Assembly: GCA_963676565.1 (NCBI GenBank)
Contig: OY781089.1
Span: 2,688,001-2,752,000 of the forward strand
DNA: 64,000 nt
Direction of reading: 5' to 3'
Source: Halarcobacter sp.
GTDB lineage: Bacteria > Campylobacterota > Campylobacteria > Campylobacterales > Arcobacteraceae
The notes under the pieces were generated by a model that saw nothing but the letters and a program-made list of their open reading frames with translations, was not told the DNA's origin and did not search any database. Positions 60,025 to 64,000 of this stretch are shown piece by piece. Position 1 is the stretch's first letter, and every line of letters begins with the position of its first letter. A program made the translations under genes and the position numbers.

Positions 60025-60311
60025 AGATACATTGGACAAATGAAGCAGAACTTTGGCTTAAAGATATACACGATTATATCGCTTTAGATAAAAAATCAAT
60101 TGCCAAAAAAGTTGTAACTGAAATATATAATAAAGTTCAAATACTACAATCTTATCCACGAATCGGTTATGAGTATGAAAATGATGAGAATAAAGAGATA
60201 AGAGTACTACTTTATGGTCATTATAGAATTGCATATTTAATTAAAGATGAAAATACAATTGATATATTGGGTGTATTTCATGGAGCATTAGATATCGAAA
60301 GATATTTGTAA
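60018..60311 (+). CDS. RelE/ParE family toxin
   Basis: WTNEA...LKDIHDYIA, YPRIG, HYRIAY, ILGVFHGA. Confidence 0.9.
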   Translation: MVEIHWTNEAELWLKDIHDYIALDKKSIAKKVVTEIYNKVQILQSYPRIGYEYENDENKEIRVLLYGHYRIAYLIKDENTIDILGVFHGALDIERYL

Positions 60312-60367
60312 GATATAAAAAAATTACTCTAAAATATTTCTCAACTCAAACCTTATCCCAACAAACC

Positions 60368-60400
60368 AAATAAAATAGACTAAAAAAGTCTATTTTATTT
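60368..60400. terminator. bidirectional terminator
   Basis: AAATAAAATAGACT-5nt-AGTCTATTTTATTT. Confidence 0.8.
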
Positions 60401-60909
60401 TAGTGTGTTAATTTAGCTAACTGAATAATCATATTATTAGCTGTATCTTCATTTAATGGTTTTTCATATGTTGTAAGAAGTTCTCTTGCTATAATATTTG
60501 CACCTAAATGTTGAAACATCATTCTCATAGCTTGAAGCCCTTTAGCTCCACCTCCACCACTGTGAGTTGCTACTGCTACAACTTTTTCATTAAAAGCATC
60601 TCTCCAGTTATCAGTTGCCCTTGAAGTCCATGCCATAGCATTGTTAAGTACTGGTGGCATAACTCCATTGTATTCAGGAGCAACCACAATAAAAGCCTTC
60701 AAATCTAAAATTCTCTCTGCCAAATATTTTGCAATCTCAGGCACACCATTTTTTTCTTCCTCTTTAGTACTATATAAAGGTAAATCTAAATCAACTAAAT
60801 TGATAAGTTCAACTTGACACCCCTGCTCTATTGCTAACTCTTCAAGTTTTAATGCTAATTTTTGATTATTCCCTGAGCTTGCAACTAATATTCCTATTTT
60901 AAACATCAT
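60400..60909 (-). CDS. NAD(P)H-dependent FMN reductase (flavodoxin-like)
   Basis: APEYNGVMPPVLNNA.AW.SR, HSGGGG. Confidence 0.9.
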   Translation of the reverse strand: MMFKIGILVASSGNNQKLALKLEELAIEQGCQVELINLVDLDLPLYSTKEEEKNGVPEIAKYLAERILDLKAFIVVAPEYNGVMPPVLNNAMAWTSRATDNWRDAFNEKVVAVATHSGGGGAKGLQAMRMMFQHLGANIIARELLTTYEKPLNEDTANNMIIQLAKLTH

Positions 60910-60911
60910 AA

Positions 60912-62372
60912 TTATCCTTCTTTTATACCTGAGTTAATCATAAACTCTTCAACTTGATTCCATGTAAAATTCTTTTGTGCATTTACATGTCCAAACATTT
61001 GATTTCTTTGTTGTGAAGTTAAATAATATCTTTCATATAATTCAACTCTTCCCCCAAGTGCAGAGCCTGCAAAATCCCAAGCGATTCTAAATATTTGTGC
61101 TCTTTCTTGTGCACCTTCATCATTTGCACTTGGCATATATTTATTTAATAAATCTTTCATCTCAGGATTTTTATAAGAATTAATTGTAGGAGTTGCAAGT
61201 AAATTATGACTTCCAATTGTTTTGATAATATCATTTACTCTTATCATCCAAGCAGGCATATTAGCTATTAACGCTCTCATTGGACTTTCATCAAAGAAAA
61301 ACGCACCATTACCCCAGTCATGAGCTCCTTCCATTCCAGCTTTTATTGATGACCTTGTCAATTGTGAGTAAGACCAAATCTCACCTAACATCATAATAAC
61401 TTCAGGTCTTTTATCTGTTTTGATAATTTTTGCCATTCTATGGCATAAATCATATGCAAACTCCAATTTAACCGCTGCTCTAATTCCTGTTTGTTGAGTG
61501 ATATTTCCATATCTTCCTAATTGATCAATTACAGTTTTATTATAAAATGCCAAATCACCATCCATAAATACTCTATTTAATGGAATCTCAACTTTATCAA
61601 AAATCACATAAGCATCTTGCTCATCAAATCTAGAAGAAAATGGTGCATCTTGAATTGAAGCATTTACTTCATAATGGTCTCTACAAACCATTATTACACC
61701 CTTTGTATTTACAGGAATAGAAAACATTAAAGCATGGTCAGCACTTCCATTACTAGTAATTGGTGCAGAAGGATAAACAAAAAGTTCATCTGCAAATGGC
61801 CCAAGGGTTGCTAAGATTTTTGCACCACTTACAACTATACAATCATCTCTTCTTTCAACTACTTTAAATGCTACTTCACCATTTATCCCATCTAAATCTG
61901 GCTGACTTTTATCAGGTTGTGGTTGAATAATTGTATGGGTTAAAGATAAATCTTTTTCAAGAACTTCTCTATAAAAAGCTTCTAAATTATCCGCCCACTT
62001 GTGATGACCAGCTGCTCTAAAAGCATCAGTTCTACTTACATAACCTGTTAGTGCAACATTACAATAATCAGGTGTTCTTCCTAACATTCCATTTGAATAT
62101 TTTGCAAGTCGTTCAAAACATTTTGCTCTTGCTTCTAAATCTTCTTTGTTTTTAGGCAAAATTAAACTAGCTGTCATTAACTCACCTGTAACTTCATCAG
62201 TAACTAAACAATCATCAGCATATTTTTGTTGCCAATCAAAATACCCTGCCATACCTTGCAAAGAACCTTTAAAAGATGGATGTTCAAATAGATTGACTTT
62301 TTTACCATCAATCCAAATCTCTCTTTCATCTTTTAAACCATCTAAGTATTGTTTTCCGTTTCTTGCTGCCAT
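60912..62372 (-). CDS. HpaB-family two-component flavin monooxygenase, oxygenase component
   Basis: YLDGLKDEREIWIDG, GRTPDY, VSGAKILAT, SSRFDEQDA, GRVELYE. Confidence 0.9.
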   Translation of the reverse strand: MAARNGKQYLDGLKDEREIWIDGKKVNLFEHPSFKGSLQGMAGYFDWQQKYADDCLVTDEVTGELMTASLILPKNKEDLEARAKCFERLAKYSNGMLGRTPDYCNVALTGYVSRTDAFRAAGHHKWADNLEAFYREVLEKDLSLTHTIIQPQPDKSQPDLDGINGEVAFKVVERRDDCIVVSGAKILATLGPFADELFVYPSAPITSNGSADHALMFSIPVNTKGVIMVCRDHYEVNASIQDAPFSSRFDEQDAYVIFDKVEIPLNRVFMDGDLAFYNKTVIDQLGRYGNITQQTGIRAAVKLEFAYDLCHRMAKIIKTDKRPEVIMMLGEIWSYSQLTRSSIKAGMEGAHDWGNGAFFFDESPMRALIANMPAWMIRVNDIIKTIGSHNLLATPTINSYKNPEMKDLLNKYMPSANDEGAQERAQIFRIAWDFAGSALGGRVELYERYYLTSQQRNQMFGHVNAQKNFTWNQVEEFMINSGIKEG

Positions 62373-62425
62373 ATCTTCTCCTTAAAATTGTCCCAATTTT
62401 GAAGGGACTTTTAGTTTTTTTAAAA

Positions 62426-62445
62426 TTTAGAACATTTGTTCTAAA
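62426..62445. promoter_or_regulatory. palindromic operator at the hpaB-like promoter
   Basis: TTTAGAAC-ATTT-GTTCTAAA abutting the minus-strand -10 TATAGT (62446-62451). Confidence 0.65.
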
Positions 62446-62631
62446 ACTATAACTACATAAATTTTAAAGTTCGCTTAACGCACATTAGTTACAAATAAGC
62501 TTAGAATAGCATTAAAATAGCATTTTTTTAAGAAGTATAGATATCTAGGTAGTTTACTGGTAAGATAAATTTTTAAGTCAAAATTTATGCAAAAAAGAAA
62601 TTTTAAAATTTTTTAAAAATTTATGAAAATA

Positions 62632-63288
62632 TTAGCTATTTGTTAGATTTTTGATTTTTTTTTGAACTAAATCAATAGAACTAATCAATGAAGATTTTTC
62701 CAAACCTTTTTGTGTGTGATAAGGTTTTAGTGTATATAAAAGATTTAATATTCCATGAAGTTTTCTAAGGTTTTCATCCTCAACTTTTGTAAATATCCAG
62801 TAAAGTTCCCATTGTGAACCAATTACCCAAGTATTTGAACAAACAAATTGAAGCTCCTCTTCATTTAAACTTATCATATATCCATATTTTGCTTGATGTA
62901 AAAATAGATCTTTTAACTCTTTGGCTTTTTCTAAAACTCTTTTCTCTATTGTTTCTTTTACTTTTGGATATGTTTTATATAAGTTACTAATCTCTAATCT
63001 TAAAAAGGCACATTTTTTTTCCAATTCCATTTGTGTTGAAAAAAGTGCGTAATAATCAAAGGGTAAATCAATGTCATCTTTAATAGAAGTTAAATGACTA
63101 CTAATAGATTCCATATAATTTTCATAAATGGCAATAATAATCTCTTCTTTATTTTTGAAATAGTAATACAAATTCCCAACACTAATACCTAAATCATCAG
63201 CTATATGTCTAGTTGAACTATTCATACAACCTTTTTCATTAAATAGTTTTGTTGCAGTTTTTAATATATCATCTCTTCTAGTTGACAA
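62632..63288 (-). CDS. TetR family regulator
   Basis: ILKTATKLFNEKG...RHIA...ISVGNLYYYFKNKE. Confidence 0.93.
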   Translation of the reverse strand: MSTRRDDILKTATKLFNEKGCMNSSTRHIADDLGISVGNLYYYFKNKEEIIIAIYENYMESISSHLTSIKDDIDLPFDYYALFSTQMELEKKCAFLRLEISNLYKTYPKVKETIEKRVLEKAKELKDLFLHQAKYGYMISLNEEELQFVCSNTWVIGSQWELYWIFTKVEDENLRKLHGILNLLYTLKPYHTQKGLEKSSLISSIDLVQKKIKNLTNS

Positions 63289-63344
63289 TTTTTACCTTAA
63301 AATGAGAATTATTGGATTTTAGCTAGATGAAGGATAAAAGAAGA

Positions 63345-64000
63345 TTAATCTTCTTCTTTTATCATTTGTTTTAATACTCTTCTTGCAAGTTTTCCACCTG
63401 CATCAATGTCTAAACTTATCAGACTTCTATTTGGGAATTTCTCTAGATTTTTTTGTTGAAATTCTAAAACTTCCAAATCCTCTTCAAAAATACCACCCTG
63501 ACCTTTTAAAATATCTTGAGTTAATTGATCGTCTTCTGGCTTAAAACTTCTAGCCATCCCCCAAAAATACCACATAGAAGTTTCACTTTGTGGAGTCATA
63601 AAATCTACAACTGTACATCTAACTTTATCTTCTTTTGGTGCATCTTTACCACCTTTATCTTTTAAAGCTACTCCCACATCAATTAAAACTGCCCCTGGTG
63701 GTACAAATTTTGATTTTTGCCATCTATCAACTTTTTTTGTAGGGTCAAGTTTATTATGTTTCATACACATTTGCCAAAAAGGAGGTGCTTCAATGTCATT
63801 CATATATCTACTTGTTACCACAAAGCCATCTTCATAATCAGTAGTTACCGGACTTTCATCTATCTCTTCTTGACCGATGCTTGAACCATGAACATATTTT
63901 TCATGGGTTAAATCCATTAGATTATCAATCATAAATCTATAATCACATTTTATATCAAAAACTCCACCTGCATATGCCCACTCAGGATTATCATGCCATT
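63345..64000 (-). CDS. vanA: vanillate O-demethylase oxygenase subunit, 5' part outside the window
   Basis: Frame continues to the edge (WHDNPEWAYAGG...CDYRF); DNLMDLTHEKYVH, APPFW, VDRWQ, WYFWGMAR, IDAGG. Confidence 0.92.
   Translation of the reverse strand, partial: WHDNPEWAYAGGVFDIKCDYRFMIDNLMDLTHEKYVHGSSIGQEEIDESPVTTDYEDGFVVTSRYMNDIEAPPFWQMCMKHNKLDPTKKVDRWQKSKFVPPGAVLIDVGVALKDKGGKDAPKEDKVRCTVVDFMTPQSETSMWYFWGMARSFKPEDDQLTQDILKGQGGIFEEDLEVLEFQQKNLEKFPNRSLISLDIDAGGKLARRVLKQMIKEED

Overview
AT-rich chromosomal segment, most likely from an Arcobacteraceae (Campylobacterota) genome. This is inferred from the base composition, gnTAnAAT-type promoters, GlnRS-YqeY, a BacNav-type channel and FCSD. 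About 1-36.9 kb is housekeeping, sensory and nucleotide-salvage genes: NUDIX hydrolase, a two-component pair, yajQ, uraA/upp, a 6TM cation channel, NCS2 permease, MCP, aat, fccAB, a radical SAM + DUF4130 pair, glnS, a rimK operon and nadE. From about 37 kb to the right edge is a large aromatic-catabolism region for lignin-derived hydroxycinnamates, vanillate and 4-hydroxybenzoate. It holds fcs-like, ech, vdh, an acyl-CoA dehydrogenase, pobA, vanA (partial), an HpaB-like monooxygenase, two orphan TRAP DctP proteins, an RdpA/TauD-like dioxygenase paired with a NovR/CloR-like class II aldolase-fold protein, efflux genes and five regulators; a TPR gene and a ParE-type toxin-antitoxin pair interrupt it. 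Non-coding highlights are a TTGCA-N3-TGCAA palindrome at identical distance from two promoters, a CIRCE-flanked structured RNA candidate at 24.6-24.9 kb, a GAAC-N4-GTTC motif recurring in the aromatic region, and an anti-SD-loop sRNA candidate at 37.0 kb. I recognised no tRNA, rRNA, CRISPR array, integrase or transposase. All assignments come from reading motifs by eye; no searches were run.
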